A stretch of DNA of 64,000 nt, taken from contig CAVPYN010000011.1 of the NCBI GenBank assembly GCA_963709995.1, positions 119,604-183,603 of the forward strand. Reading direction: 5' to 3'. This DNA is from an uncultured Chloroflexia bacterium (lineage in GTDB: Bacteria; Chloroflexota; Chloroflexia; Thermomicrobiales; CFX8). The notes under the pieces are model-generated. The model had not been told where the DNA came from and made no database searches. It saw only the letters and a program-made list of their open reading frames with translations. Shown here in pieces: positions 1 to 13,743 of the stretch. The stretch's first letter is position 1. Each line of letters starts with the position of its first letter. The position numbers and the translations under genes are program-made.

Positions 1-290
1 TGGATGGAAATGCGCTGCTTTCCGCGGTGAGCGCCACCGGCAACGGCCAGCGCACGTCGTCCACATTCTCGTGGCGCACGCCTGAAAGGTCCAGTCTAGC
101 GCAGAACTACGCCTCGTCAACGACGATCAAGTGCCTTGAATTGGCGCTTACACGGGGCATATGCGAAAATGGAGAACGGCTGCAATGGATGCTCGACCTT
201 TCCCGCGCTGAAACGTTTCAGCTTGCGATTGACACAATCTTTCATCCTCGCAGCCGACAAGAGACGACACGATCGAAGGGACTCCTCGTC

Positions 291-1034
291 ATGGCTGGTC
301 ACAACAAATGGTCCAAGATCAAGCGAAAAAAGGCCGCAAACGATAGCAAGAAGGGCGCGAACTTCTCCAAACTCTCACGCGAGTTGCAAGTCGCGACCCG
401 CGAGGGTGGCCCTGATCCGACATCGAACATACGCTTGCGACTCGCTATCGACCGCGCCAAGCGCGACGGGATGCCGAACGATACGATTGATCGCGCCGTC
501 GCGAAGGCTAGTGGGGCGAACGCGGACGCCGACTCGTTTGAGACGGTCGTCTACGAAGGTTACGGCCCCGGCGGCGTTGCAGTCCTCGCAATCGCCCTCA
601 CCGACAATCGCAATCGCACCGCGGCCGAAGTTCGCAACGCGTTCAGTCGGCATGGGGGTTCACTCGGCGAGACCGGCACGGTCGCCTGGCAATTCGACAC
701 GGTCGGACAGATTGTTATCCCGGTCAATGGCTCCGATCCAGATGAGATCTCCCTCACCGCGATTGATGCTGGCGCTACTGACGTCGAAGCGGATGACGAA
801 GAGATCGTGATTACCACGGAGCCAGGAAACCTGACGTCGGTTGCGAATGTGATGCGCGAAACAGGGCTCGAAATCGCCGATCTAACCGTCACACGATTGC
901 CCCAGACACCGATGGAACTAGAGGCTGGGAACTCTGGCACTGCAATGCGCTTGCTCGAAACGCTCGAAGATCTCGACGATATCAGCGAGGTGTACACGAA
1001 TGCCAGCTTCGCCGAGGAAGCCGCCATCGCCTGA
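291..1034 (+). CDS. yebC: YebC/PmpR family DNA-binding transcriptional regulator
   Basis: The conserved N-terminus MAGHNKWSKIKRKK starts at ATG 291 inside ORF 27..1034. The 88 upstream codons look like non-conserved read-through. Confidence 0.9.
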   Translation: MAGHNKWSKIKRKKAANDSKKGANFSKLSRELQVATREGGPDPTSNIRLRLAIDRAKRDGMPNDTIDRAVAKASGANADADSFETVVYEGYGPGGVAVLAIALTDNRNRTAAEVRNAFSRHGGSLGETGTVAWQFDTVGQIVIPVNGSDPDEISLTAIDAGATDVEADDEEIVITTEPGNLTSVANVMRETGLEIADLTVTRLPQTPMELEAGNSGTAMRLLETLEDLDDISEVYTNASFAEEAAIA

Positions 1035-1184
1035 CCACAGTCAATCTTTCTCTGGGTGGTCAGGACGAACCTGACCACCGCGCTCCTGACCAGAGACCCT
1101 CAACGGTTAGGGACAGCGCTAGCGGGTAACTGACAACTTTCATCGGCTTATCTCAGATTTGCCGGCAGAGGGGGCAAACACGAG

Positions 1185-2259
1185 GTGATGGTCCAGCGAT
1201 CGGAATCAGCGTGGAGCATGCCCCGCGAGCGCCTCAGTTCCTCAGCGCGTCGCAGCCTGGTCCGGGCTCTAGCTCTTAGCCTGCTTGTCGTTCTCGGCGG
1301 CACGCTCGGCTATATGATTTTCGAGGGCTGGAGCCTCTCCGACAGCTTCTATATGACGATCATCTCGATAACGACCGTCGGCTACGGCGAGGTCCGCCCG
1401 CTCGACGCCTCAGGAAGGGTGCTCACCGCGGGACTCATCGTTGGCGGCATCGCGATTTTCGGCTACAGCCTGACCGTGCTGGCATCGTCGCTGATCGAAA
1501 GCGAGATCACCGGCCGAACACGAGAGCGACGCATACGAAGCGCCATCGAGTCCATCAGCCGTCACGTGATCATCTGCGGTTTCGGCCGGGTGGGTGCCAG
1601 CGTCGCCCGAGAACTCGATGCCGAAGGGATGCCATTCGTTATTGTAGACAATGATGCAGACCGCATCGCCGACTGCGTCGCACAGGGCTACCTGGTCGTA
1701 GCTGGAGACGCCACCGACGACCTCGTGTTGTCAGCGGCCGGAATCGAACGCGCCCATGCCCTGATCTCCGCACTGGATGACGACGCACAAAACGTCTTTA
1801 TTACGCTATCGGCCAGAGTGCTCAACCCCGACGTCATCGTCGCTTCCCGCTCCGCTTTCGGGGCAGACGGAACGTAAACTCCGCCTTGCCGGCGCACAGC
1901 ACGTCATTTCACCCTATGTCATCGCTGGGCACCGGCTCGCTGGTGTTGTCCTGCGCCCGCGGGTTATCGAATTTCTGGATATTGTGATCAGTTCACGAGG
2001 CCTCGAATTCTGGCTCGAAGAGATCACCGTCGGCATCAGATCGCGGATTACCGGGAAACCAATCTCCGATTCGCATATCGGGCGTGACACCGGCGCGCTG
2101 CTCCTGGCAATCGTTCGCGCCGACGGTACACGAGTAGCCAACCCGCATGCCCACACTGTGCTGGAGGCCGGCGATACCCTTATTGCGATCGGGACCCGCG
2201 ACGAGCTCCGGCACCTAGAACAGATCGCCAGCGACATCACCATCGACGAAACACATTGA
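1185..2259 (+). pseudogene. Two-TM K+ channel with RCK (TrkA-N/TrkA-C) domains, split by one frame break near 1846-1877 (possibly an assembly error)
   Basis: ORF 1185..1877 has the TVGYGE selectivity filter and the ICGFGRVG Rossmann motif. ORF 1777..2259 continues in the next frame with ERKLRLAGAQHVISPY and a TrkA-C-like end. Confidence 0.75.
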
Positions 2260-2300
2260 TTCGGATTCCTGGACGTGTTCGGGCCGAAGCAGGGCGTTCC

Positions 2301-3410
2301 TCAGGCGAATCGCTCCGGCCGGAAGTTGACCAAGAGCGGAGCGACGCGTCCAGAGATGATCTCATCTGCCACGACCTCTGGCAGCAGCGCGCCTAGCGTT
2401 ATGGCCGAGTGCGTCACGATCTCGCCATATCCGGGAATAGCTGGTAGCAACCCAGCGCTCGTGCGCCCGTCAGCTGGAATGGGGCGGGTCGCAACTGTCC
2501 AGCGTGACACCCGCGCGTTCTCCGCGTCCGGCACATAGGTCTTGAACCGGGCAACCAGTTCCTGCGCCCATTCCCATGGATGATCTCCAGACGTTATCCC
2601 CGCGTCAGCATCATGATGATGGAGCGCCACCAGACCGCCACCGTCCGGCCGCATGTGCAGCCGGGGAGCGTGGATTACCCGCCCGATAATCCCATCCGGA
2701 ATGCCCGATACCCGGGTGACGAATCCAAGGGTTGGGGCCAAAGGCAACGCGCGTCCTGCCATCGCGGCAATCCGGTCCGCCCAGGGACCAGCGCAGTTCA
2801 TCACAAGGTCACAGGGCAGAATCTCGCTATTAGCGAGCCGCACGCCGGCAACGCGCCCATCCTGCATTTCGAAGCTGGCAACCTCGCAGCCAAATCGAAG
2901 CTCTGCCCCAGCGTCGCCAGCCATCCTGGCCATTTCTCCAGCAAGCCGCGGACCATCGATCCAACCCTCGCTGGGGAAAAAGGCAAGACGTTCGACTTCT
3001 TCGCCAACCCGCACCCGTGGCTCAAGCCGGGCAGCGTCATCCGGTGATATCCACTCTGCTGGATATTCCCAGCGCTGGAGCTCCGCCACCCGCACTTCGA
3101 GGTCTTCCTCGATTTCTCCCGAATCCATCCACGCTTCGCCCTCTGACCAGACGATGTTCCCGCCATCGTGATACCAGGGTGTTTCGCCAAGTTCATCGCG
3201 CAATAGGAGATGAGCCTCCATTCCGGCGAGGTTGAGCCGAAAGTAATCCTCAGGCCGTTTCGAATTTGCGTTGTACCAGGAGAAGCTCGAGCCGGTCGTG
3301 CCAGTCGAAGGACTACCCTGCTCCACCAACACGACATCCTGACCGCGACTCGCGAGCCGCCATGCCAGCCCCGATCCCACGACTCCTGCTCCGACAACGA
3401 TCACCCGCAT
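2301..3410 (-). CDS. FAD-dependent oxidoreductase (DAO / glycine oxidase-like)
   Basis: Dinucleotide-binding motif MRVIVVGAGVVGSGLAWRLA...VVLVEQ at the N-terminus. Start chosen at the internal Met (3410) of ORF 2301..3443. Confidence 0.8.
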   Translation of the reverse strand: MRVIVVGAGVVGSGLAWRLASRGQDVVLVEQGSPSTGTTGSSFSWYNANSKRPEDYFRLNLAGMEAHLLLRDELGETPWYHDGGNIVWSEGEAWMDSGEIEEDLEVRVAELQRWEYPAEWISPDDAARLEPRVRVGEEVERLAFFPSEGWIDGPRLAGEMARMAGDAGAELRFGCEVASFEMQDGRVAGVRLANSEILPCDLVMNCAGPWADRIAAMAGRALPLAPTLGFVTRVSGIPDGIIGRVIHAPRLHMRPDGGGLVALHHHDADAGITSGDHPWEWAQELVARFKTYVPDAENARVSRWTVATRPIPADGRTSAGLLPAIPGYGEIVTHSAITLGALLPEVVADEIISGRVAPLLVNFRPERFA

Positions 3411-3771
3411 CAAATTGCTCCATCCGCGCCACGAGGTTTCCATTCAATTCACATTCTAGGACGATTTCCGAGTACTTCGGGGATAGGCTCTCGCTCAACG
3501 ATCAGTCTCCCAACCGGCTTCGTTCATCAGCAGGGCGATTGTCATCGCCCGGTTATCGGATGACTGTTGCCTGCCGGCAGCATCCCCCGTACCATGCTCT
3601 AGCTAACCTGCGCCGTCAGCTTGTGCTGGAGCCGCAGATGACAATTAGCGCGGAATGAGGCGTCCCGGGAGATTTCAAGCCAGTATGACGGGATGCCGGA
3701 CAGTTTTGATTGGTTTCCTTTCCTGACGTCTTGGCTTCTTGTTCGCAGGATAATCAACGACGGGAGAAATT

Positions 3772-6523
<2,752 letters not shown>

Positions 6524-6527
<4 letters not shown>

Positions 6528-6873
6528 TCCGGCACTCGGCACATCCATTAATCCATGAGATCAATACCTGCGTCTGGTTGAACGTCCTCGGCCAGCGATA
6601 TGGCACGGACATGACGCTCGCCACCGTGCCGGACGCCGAGTGGGACATCGTTCGGTGGTCGTGGTGAATCTCTCGGATCGCGCGGCGGACGGGGCGATCT
6701 GGCTTCCCTGGGATGACCTCGGCGGGAAGCAGTGGCTGCTGGAGGATAGCCTGGCAAACGAGGCATTCGAGCGCGACGTCAGTCAGATGGAGACTGCGGG
6801 GCTTTGCGTTGGTCTGCCTCCCTGGGGATGCTATCTTCTGCAGTTCCAGACTTCCGGATCCGAACACCTCTGA
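6524..6873 (+). pseudogene. Remnant of an alpha-amylase-family (GH13-like) gene with a large internal deletion
   Basis: ATG 6524 overlaps the upstream stop (ATGA). It encodes MIRHSAHPLIHEINTCVWLNVLGQRYGTDMTLATVPDAEWD, typical of an N-terminus. This is followed directly, out of frame, by a typical C-terminus (NLSDRAADGAIWLPWDDLGGKQWLLEDSL...LPPWGCYLLQF). The catalytic core is absent. Confidence 0.45.
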
Positions 6874-6970
6874 CCGCCAGTTGATCGGCCCAGATTCCAT
6901 CTTCTAAACCGGATAACTCACCGAGAAGGCGCGCCTCAACCGCTTCTATCCGCGCCGTGAGCTATCCGGG

Positions 6971-7924
6971 CTAGGCGACACGAAACTGATTCTGCTGTCG
7001 GGCCTGGGCGTAAAGTCGTTCGGTGTCCTCCCGGCTACATAGCTCGGTGCCAGGGGTCATCACCGCCGCCGCGCCAGCGGCAACACCGAGCACCGCCGCA
7101 TCAAACACCGACCAGTCCTGGGCAAGTCCCCAGACAATACCAGCTACCATGCTGTCACCAGCCCCAACCTTGCTCTGCTGCGGGACGGCTGGCGCCGGGA
7201 TGCGCATCATGCCATCGCGCGTAACGGCAAGCGCTCCAGCCGCGCCAAGGGACACAACCGCTGCTACCGCATTGTGTTCCGTCACCAGCCTTCTGGCGGC
7301 GGCGCGCAAATGGACATCGTCCTCAATCCACCGGTCTCCTTCCAGCGATGCCAACTCGGAGAGATTCGGCTTTACCAGGAACACACCGGCTTCAAGCGCC
7401 GACTTCAATGGCGGGCCAGAAGTATCGACAATGACCCGTGATCCGCGATCTCGCGCGATTCTCACCAGCTCGGCGTAAGCGTCATCCGGCAGGCCAGGCG
7501 GCATGCTCCCGCTCAGAACGAAGAAGTCTGGCGCTGGCGAAACGGACTCCAGTTCGCGAACAATTGCGTCCCACTCGTCAGTTTGGAGCGTTGGTCCGGG
7601 CATGCAGAAGCGATACTGAAGCGTCGTCGCGTCCTCGCGAACCGTCACATTCTCACGTGTGAACTCGCGAATAGGAATCACCCTCATCGCTATGCCCTCA
7701 GCGTTGAGCATATCGATCAGCAACTGTCCGGTCCGTCCTCCAGCCGTGATCATGGCCGTGGCATCAACACCGAATCTACGCAGCGCGTGGGCTACGTTGA
7801 CCCCGCCCCCTCCGGGCTCCGACACTGGTTGGGCGCAGCGCAGCTTGCGTTCGGGCACGACGGCCTCCACATGTGTGCTTGTATCTACCGTCGGGCTAAT
7901 CGTCAACGTCAGAATGCGGGACAT
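6971..7924 (-). CDS. PfkB-family sugar kinase (1-phosphofructokinase / tagatose-6-P kinase type)
   Basis: MSRILTLTISPTVDT..., GGGGVNVA, and the C-terminal GAGDSMVAG motif of ribokinase/PfkB kinases. Confidence 0.8.
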   Translation of the reverse strand: MSRILTLTISPTVDTSTHVEAVVPERKLRCAQPVSEPGGGGVNVAHALRRFGVDATAMITAGGRTGQLLIDMLNAEGIAMRVIPIREFTRENVTVREDATTLQYRFCMPGPTLQTDEWDAIVRELESVSPAPDFFVLSGSMPPGLPDDAYAELVRIARDRGSRVIVDTSGPPLKSALEAGVFLVKPNLSELASLEGDRWIEDDVHLRAAARRLVTEHNAVAAVVSLGAAGALAVTRDGMMRIPAPAVPQQSKVGAGDSMVAGIVWGLAQDWSVFDAAVLGVAAGAAAVMTPGTELCSREDTERLYAQARQQNQFRVA

Positions 7925-8059
7925 TCCCTCCCCTTTCGCCACTGGGATTTCGCGTTAGTGCTTGAACCATATGCATAACCACATCACTTCTATGTATCGT
8001 ACTTGCTGTGGCCCGGCCGTCATCTGCGTGCCGGACAGCTAAGGCTGATGGGACTGCAC

Positions 8060-8728
8060 ATGCGCCTACTCATTATTCGTCACGCTCAATCCCAGAACAA
8101 CGCGGGAATCGGGCCGCGGGTGGCGGACCCAACACTGACAGAGATTGGAGACCGGCAGGCAGAACTGGCTGCGACCGCGCTCCGCGCTTTCGCCCTCGAT
8201 GTGCTCTACGTCAGCCCGATGCGCAGGACGCTGCAGACCGCCGCGCCAATCACCCGGGCAACTGGACTCCCGACACGCGTCTATACCGGCCTGCATGAGT
8301 GGGGTGGAGTCTGGGAAGATATTGCGGGCGAGGCACGCCACTTCCCAGGGCTGGGCAGCGCCAGCATGGTTGAGATTATCCCCAATCTGGAACTCCCCGC
8401 AGATGTGTCGGAAAACGGCTGGTGGACCGGCGCCGTCAATCCCTTGAACGAAGCCTCAGTGGTGCGCTACGCGCGCGCCAACGCGAACCGGTTTCTCCAC
8501 TATCTATTTGACCGGTACCCGGATCGCACGACCATCGCCATCGTGACCCACGGCGGATTCGGTTCGAATTTGATTGAAGAGTTGCTGGACATTCCGTCGC
8601 TAGCTTCCGGCGCGCGTTTCGCACAGAACAACACTGGCCATGCGATGATCGATTTCGACGACCACCAGGCACGCATGCACTGGCACAACCGCATCGACCA
8701 TTTGCCTGACGACATTGTTACCGGGTAG
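8060..8728 (+). CDS. Histidine phosphatase family protein (phosphoglycerate mutase-like)
   Basis: MRLLIIRHAQSQNN catalytic RHG-type motif and a later VTHGG motif. Start set at the Met preceding RLLIIRH. Confidence 0.75.
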   Translation: MRLLIIRHAQSQNNAGIGPRVADPTLTEIGDRQAELAATALRAFALDVLYVSPMRRTLQTAAPITRATGLPTRVYTGLHEWGGVWEDIAGEARHFPGLGSASMVEIIPNLELPADVSENGWWTGAVNPLNEASVVRYARANANRFLHYLFDRYPDRTTIAIVTHGGFGSNLIEELLDIPSLASGARFAQNNTGHAMIDFDDHQARMHWHNRIDHLPDDIVTG

Positions 8729-8782
8729 ATGGCGTCATGGATCGGTTGAAGAAACTTCGTCCCATTGCGTGCCCTTTGACGG

Positions 8783-9115
8783 TCAACCTCGCTGGCTTCG
8801 ATCCCCGGCTACTGTTTCGCTGGCGTCGCCATCGAGATTCCACTCTTCGCGTAGGAGGCGGGCACGCAGATGGCGATAGGACCAGAATCGATAGCGCAGC
8901 CATCCGACTCGCCCGAAGTAGTAGAAAGCGCCGACGATCCAGGGCAGGCTCAGCACAACGACGATCATCACCGCTTGCCAGGATGGAAAGTAGTAGAGAG
9001 TCAAAATGGTCGCGACCAGCTTGATCCCGCCGAGAGCGGCAATCTGGGCTTTGATGATGGCGCGATCAGAATCAGAGAGCACGTCGCATTCTCCCTCGTA
9101 CAGCGTACGCCTCAA
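8783..9115 (-). CDS. Hypothetical small membrane protein
   Basis: 110-aa ORF with two hydrophobic helices. No recognisable family. Confidence 0.3.
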   Translation of the reverse strand: MRRTLYEGECDVLSDSDRAIIKAQIAALGGIKLVATILTLYYFPSWQAVMIVVVLSLPWIVGAFYYFGRVGWLRYRFWSYRHLRARLLREEWNLDGDASETVAGDRSQRG

Positions 9116-9298
9116 TACTAATGGCTCTCCCGCTATCGATCAATCCAGTTTCACGCACAAGGGCCAGCTGGCACAAGCCTGAGAAGCCCGATCAGGCCGC
9201 ATCAACCATGTAGCGTCTGTTGATTGGCCACGTATCGGAACACTCGTCCGCAGGAATGGCCGACTCCAAACTCATCGAACTAGACCCCCAGCCCAGTT

Positions 9299-10765
9299 TC
9301 ATTCGACGCTATCAAACGGATTCGCATTCCACGGCCACAAGCGTTCCTTCGGCAAGCGCTGATAGGGAATATCCCGCAGAATCGGATTGAGCGCGCCACC
9401 GGAATAGGCGTACAAGATCTTCGCGGCTGTCGGATGGTATGCCGCGTAGAAGTGCTGGCTCGACTTGACGACAACAATGTCGCGTTTCGAGAGATCAACG
9501 CCGCACAGCGTAAACGGGTCAACACTCAGAACCTGCTGACGAACGTTGTTCAGGATGATGTCGATGCCCTGGCAGCGCATCCCGACGACATCTCCCAGAT
9601 CGATCTCACGCGCCAGCCTGGCATCAACCGCCCGGGCGCCGGGCACGACCGCGGAAACTTCAACGTCAAGATCGAGCGGCCTGCCTGAAGATCTCCCCAT
9701 CTTCCCGCCGATCCTCAAACTCAGGTTGGCGCCCACTCCAGCCTGCCTGGCGATATCCAGAGCGATCGGATCCCAGATCATCCCGAAGGCGGCGTTGGTG
9801 ATGCCCCGTTCGAGCATTCGTTCCAGGATGAAGGTTGAATCGCCTGGCGCGCCCCCGCCAGCATTATCGGCGTAGTCGGCAATGACCACCGGGCGACCTT
9901 CATGGGCCAGCGCAGCATCGAGCGCCTCGTCAACGCTCAGATATGCTGGCTGCATCGCCTCACGCAGATCGAACAGATCCTTGCCGAGTTCGCGGGCAAG
10001 CTGCTCCGCGCCATCGCGATCGTTGTCGGTGACGACGATCACATGCGCGCCCCCGATCGGGAGATCACTGTAAGGGAAAGCCCTGGCAAATAGATATCGT
10101 CAGCACCCCATCCTTGCCTTCGCGGGCACTGTAGGAGTCGATGAATCCGCGCAGCGGTTGCACCGGCGTTTGGAAGACGCTAACCATGCGGCAATCGAAG
10201 ACCGCCATCACCGGTTTCGTCTTTCCTTCGCCGCTTCGCGATGACCGGAAGAGATCGACCGCCCGTTCCGCCACGTCGATATGCGGGTACTCTTTGTAGA
10301 ACTCGAGCACGTCGGCGTTGCGCATCGCTTCGCCGAAGTTGGTGTGAGGATCGAGCTCTACGCCGATTGGAACGCCATGGCCGACGATCTCTCGCGTCCG
10401 GGCAATGATGTCACCTTCCGGATCATCGTATCCGTCGACAACGCTGCCCGCCATGCAGCGCCAGGAGGACGGCATCGACCGGCATCGCCGCACGCAAACT
10501 GGCCAGGGTTTCGTCACGATGGCGTTCGTAGGCAGCCCGAACGACGAGACCAGCCGGTTGAGCCGAGCGGTAGATGGGATGCTGGGCCATCTCCCAGCCA
10601 CGCTGTCGTCGCCATGGCGTCCCAGATCACCGGAGGCGGTGCGCCCGAGACGTTGTCCAGGCTAAACCCGTCCGGCCTCATCTGATCGAGCGTGCGTTCC
10701 ACGAAACTGGCATCGAAGGTTGGCATTGGCGAGAAGGTGTTGGTTTCAGTTGACCAACCAGCCAT
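9299..10765 (-). pseudogene. M81 family metallopeptidase (MlrC-like), three frame breaks (about 10600, 10448, 10075)
   Basis: N-terminus MAGWSTETNTFSP. A hidden middle frame reads GWEMAQHPIYRSAQPAGLVVRAAYERHRDETLASLRAAMPVDAVLLALHG. This continues as GSVVDGYDDPEGDII...ELDPHTNF, and the C-terminal part is ORF 9299..10042. All three shifts run in the same direction. Confidence 0.75.
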
Positions 10766-10857
10766 GAATAGCTTCAACAAGTGTCTCCAGTCTTGTCCCG
10801 TGTCCCGTTGAGCCAACGCTTACCCAGCCCGGACATGATTGTGAGTAGGGTAGCCTG

Positions 10858-11712
10858 TTACATTCCCATCTGCCCGCCGGCCGCCAGGATCGCCCGCCAG
10901 AACTTGCCGAATTCGTAGCCGTTGGCGGGATGAATCGCCAGAGTTCGCTCGCCAGCGCGCTCGACACCTGGCAGGAAACCACAGCTATCGACTCTGGACT
11001 GATGGTCGAGGTCAATCTCGATTATTGCTCCGTCTGGCATCGGGAACGGCTGCATCAGGTCAAGCTGGTTCAGCGCCTCAATCGCGCCAGCGCGAATCGC
11101 GTCCCGCGCTTCTCGAAGTGAGATGTGCTGGGCCGAACTGAGCGAGTAGCCGATCTTTGTGATAACCCCAACAACCTGATCCCCGAGCAACTCGCGCGTT
11201 TGAGCCACGGCCAGATTGTCGCCGGCAACCAGGGCGACCGGGACGCCGAAATGCCCGGCGATGATCGCGTTCATCCCATACTCGCCCATCGAGATGCCGT
11301 TCAACCGGACATCCTGCACCCAGCCGGTCGACGTGTGCGCCAGGGGGCCGCCTGTCGTCCCAGCCTTCGCGTGATAACCGGTGAAAAAGACCGCCCGCAC
11401 GCTATCTTCATCGATCGCCTGCATCATGCCCAGGTCGTTGTCTGTTCCCGACACGAATCGCACGCGTGAATCGAGTTCATCGGGAATGAGATTGCGTTTG
11501 CCGCCATGTGCGTCGGCAATGACGACGCCGGTCGCACCGGCCTCGAACGCCCCGTCAGCGGCGGCGTTCACCTCGCGGGTCATCCTCAATCGCGCCCGCT
11601 CGTACTCGACGCTCGATGTGGCGCGTGCTGAGCCGCCCTCGGCCGGCGTCACTTGCACCCAGTTAGAAACCCCTGCGGTACCTTCCATGTCAGCTGAGAT
11701 CAGAACCTTCAT
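10858..11712 (-). CDS. dppA: M55 family D-aminopeptidase (DppA), paralog 1
   Basis: MKVLISADMEGTAGV, GYHAKAGT and GVPVALVAGDN motifs. Full-length ORF. Confidence 0.85.
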   Translation of the reverse strand: MKVLISADMEGTAGVSNWVQVTPAEGGSARATSSVEYERARLRMTREVNAAADGAFEAGATGVVIADAHGGKRNLIPDELDSRVRFVSGTDNDLGMMQAIDEDSVRAVFFTGYHAKAGTTGGPLAHTSTGWVQDVRLNGISMGEYGMNAIIAGHFGVPVALVAGDNLAVAQTRELLGDQVVGVITKIGYSLSSAQHISLREARDAIRAGAIEALNQLDLMQPFPMPDGAIIEIDLDHQSRVDSCGFLPGVERAGERTLAIHPANGYEFGKFWRAILAAGGQMGM

Positions 11713-11718
11713 CGTTCC

Positions 11719-12567
11719 TCACATCTGTGACGCGGCGCGGGTGACCGCCCGGAAATAGCGGTGGAAATCAAGGCCATCGGACGGCATGTACTGCACCGTC
11801 CGCCAGCCGACGAGTTCAACCCCGTTGATTTCCGCGGCATGGCTGGCGCGAATCTGATGATCGAAGTCCATCTCGACGGTAGCGTCCACAGGTAGACGAT
11901 AGACCTTCATCCGGTCGATATTGCTGCTGGCACGCTCGGCAGCCTCGCGGATGACCCTTCGGGCTTCGTCGGGCTGGAGATGGACTGCGGAGGTGACTGA
12001 ATAGCCATGCTTGACCACGGCGCCCTCAACTTGTTCGCCAAGTAGTTCCCGCGCCTGCGCGACTGCCCGGTGATCGCCGGTTACGAGCGCCACCGGAACG
12101 TTGAAGTGCCCGGCGACGATAGCGTTCACCCCGTACTCGCCGATCGAGACGCCATTCACGCGCACGTCCTGCAACCAGAGCGACCATGTGTGGGCCAGCG
12201 GGCCATCTGGAGTGCCGGCGCGTGCGTGGTAGCCGGTGTAGAACGCCGCGCTGATGCCGTCCTCTTCGACGCCCTGCATCATCACCAGCGGCTTGTCGTT
12301 CCCTGCCACAAACTGGGCAGCCGGATGCAACTCCTCCGGAACCAGATTTCTCATGCCGTCATGGGCGTCATTGACGATCACCTCATCCGCGCCGCCTGCA
12401 ATCGCGCCTTCAACGGCCGCGTTTACCTCGCGGGTCATCCGCAATCGCGCGCGCTCGTACTCCGCGGTTGAGGCCGGTCCCGAGCCTGCGATTTCGGGCG
12501 GCGTCACATGCACCCAGGAGGAGACCCCGCAGGTGCCCTCCATATCGGCCGAAATGAGAATCTTCAT
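11719..12567 (-). CDS. dppA: M55 family D-aminopeptidase (DppA), paralog 2
   Basis: The conserved start MKILISADMEGTCGV is at the internal Met of ORF 11719..12657. Same motif set as its neighbours. Confidence 0.85.
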   Translation of the reverse strand: MKILISADMEGTCGVSSWVHVTPPEIAGSGPASTAEYERARLRMTREVNAAVEGAIAGGADEVIVNDAHDGMRNLVPEELHPAAQFVAGNDKPLVMMQGVEEDGISAAFYTGYHARAGTPDGPLAHTWSLWLQDVRVNGVSIGEYGVNAIVAGHFNVPVALVTGDHRAVAQARELLGEQVEGAVVKHGYSVTSAVHLQPDEARRVIREAAERASSNIDRMKVYRLPVDATVEMDFDHQIRASHAAEINGVELVGWRTVQYMPSDGLDFHRYFRAVTRAASQM

Positions 12568-12704
12568 CGCTACCTGCCTCTCTTCCAATAACGAGCATGG
12601 CAACAGGGGTTCCGCTTCCCGGCTCCCGCAACGGCAATCCGGCACGAAGTCGAACACTCGGAGTCAAACCCAGCGCAGATCGCAGTCCGCGGCATCGTGC
12701 CTGC

Positions 12705-13562
12705 CTATGTCGGGGGATTCGCAGCTGCGGTGATCAACGCCCGCATGTAGCGGGCGAGCTCAATGCCATCGGACGGTCTGAAGCTGAATGAGCGCCAGCC
12801 AGTCCGCTCGACGCCCGGAAGCTTGACGACCTGATTGACCCGGGACTGGTGATCCAGATCCATCTCGACAATCGCGTCTTCCGGGAGCCTGTATGGCTTC
12901 ATCCTCGGCAGATCCCGCGTTGCTGCTTCAGCGCCGCCGCGGATCATGCGCTGGGACTCCCCGGGGTGACGATTGAGCGCGGCGGTCACCGAGTACCCAC
13001 GCTTGATCGCGACACCCACAACCTGGTCACCCAGGAGTTGACGTGTTTGCTCAACGGCGCGGTTGTCGCCAGCGACCATGGCAACCGGGACGCCGAAATG
13101 CCCTGCGATCAGGGCATTGATCCCGTATTCACCCATCGATGTCCCGTTAACCCGGATGTCATGCACCCAGCCGGTGAAGCTGTGCGCCAGTGGACCATCG
13201 GGCGTCCCCGCTCGAGCGTGGTAGCCGGTGAAGAAGACGGCATCAACGCCATCCTCGTCAACGCCGTGAACCATCAGCAACTCTTTGTCGAAACCGGAGA
13301 TGTAGCGCGCGCCCTCGTGCAGTTCGTCCGGGATGATGTTGCGCATGCCATCGTGCGAGTCGTTGACGATGATTTCAGTCGCCCCGCCGGCAATCGCGCC
13401 TTCGATGGCCGCGTTGACTTCCCGCGTCATCCGCAGGCGCGCGCGTTCGTACTCGACGGTTGATGTCGCCCTCCCACCGGAGCCCAGCTCCGGAGGAATC
13501 ACCTGCACCCAACTCACCACACCACAGGTGCCCTCCATGTCGGCGGATATCAGAATCTTCAT
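12705..13562 (-). CDS. dppA: M55 family D-aminopeptidase (DppA), paralog 3
   Basis: MKILISADMEGTCGV, VNDSHDGMRN, GYHARAGTPDGPLAH. Confidence 0.85.
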   Translation of the reverse strand: MKILISADMEGTCGVVSWVQVIPPELGSGGRATSTVEYERARLRMTREVNAAIEGAIAGGATEIIVNDSHDGMRNIIPDELHEGARYISGFDKELLMVHGVDEDGVDAVFFTGYHARAGTPDGPLAHSFTGWVHDIRVNGTSMGEYGINALIAGHFGVPVAMVAGDNRAVEQTRQLLGDQVVGVAIKRGYSVTAALNRHPGESQRMIRGGAEAATRDLPRMKPYRLPEDAIVEMDLDHQSRVNQVVKLPGVERTGWRSFSFRPSDGIELARYMRALITAAANPPT

Positions 13563-13743
13563 GCGTCTAGCCTCTCATTCGCGTGGAGATTGCCGGGCGC
13601 ATTGTAGCGTTGGAGTAGGGAACAGGTAACAGGAAAGTAGGAAAAGGACCAGACCAGGATGGTTTAACGTTGCAGCCTAAGCGAAGGCAAGACGCCACCC
13701 GCGCAGGAATGGGCAGAGCCACTCTGATACGCGGGTGGAAATC

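Noticed and set aside
27-290. 88-codon N-terminal extension of yebC
   Set aside because: The conserved YebC N-terminus starts at ATG 291. The upstream part is not conserved-looking.
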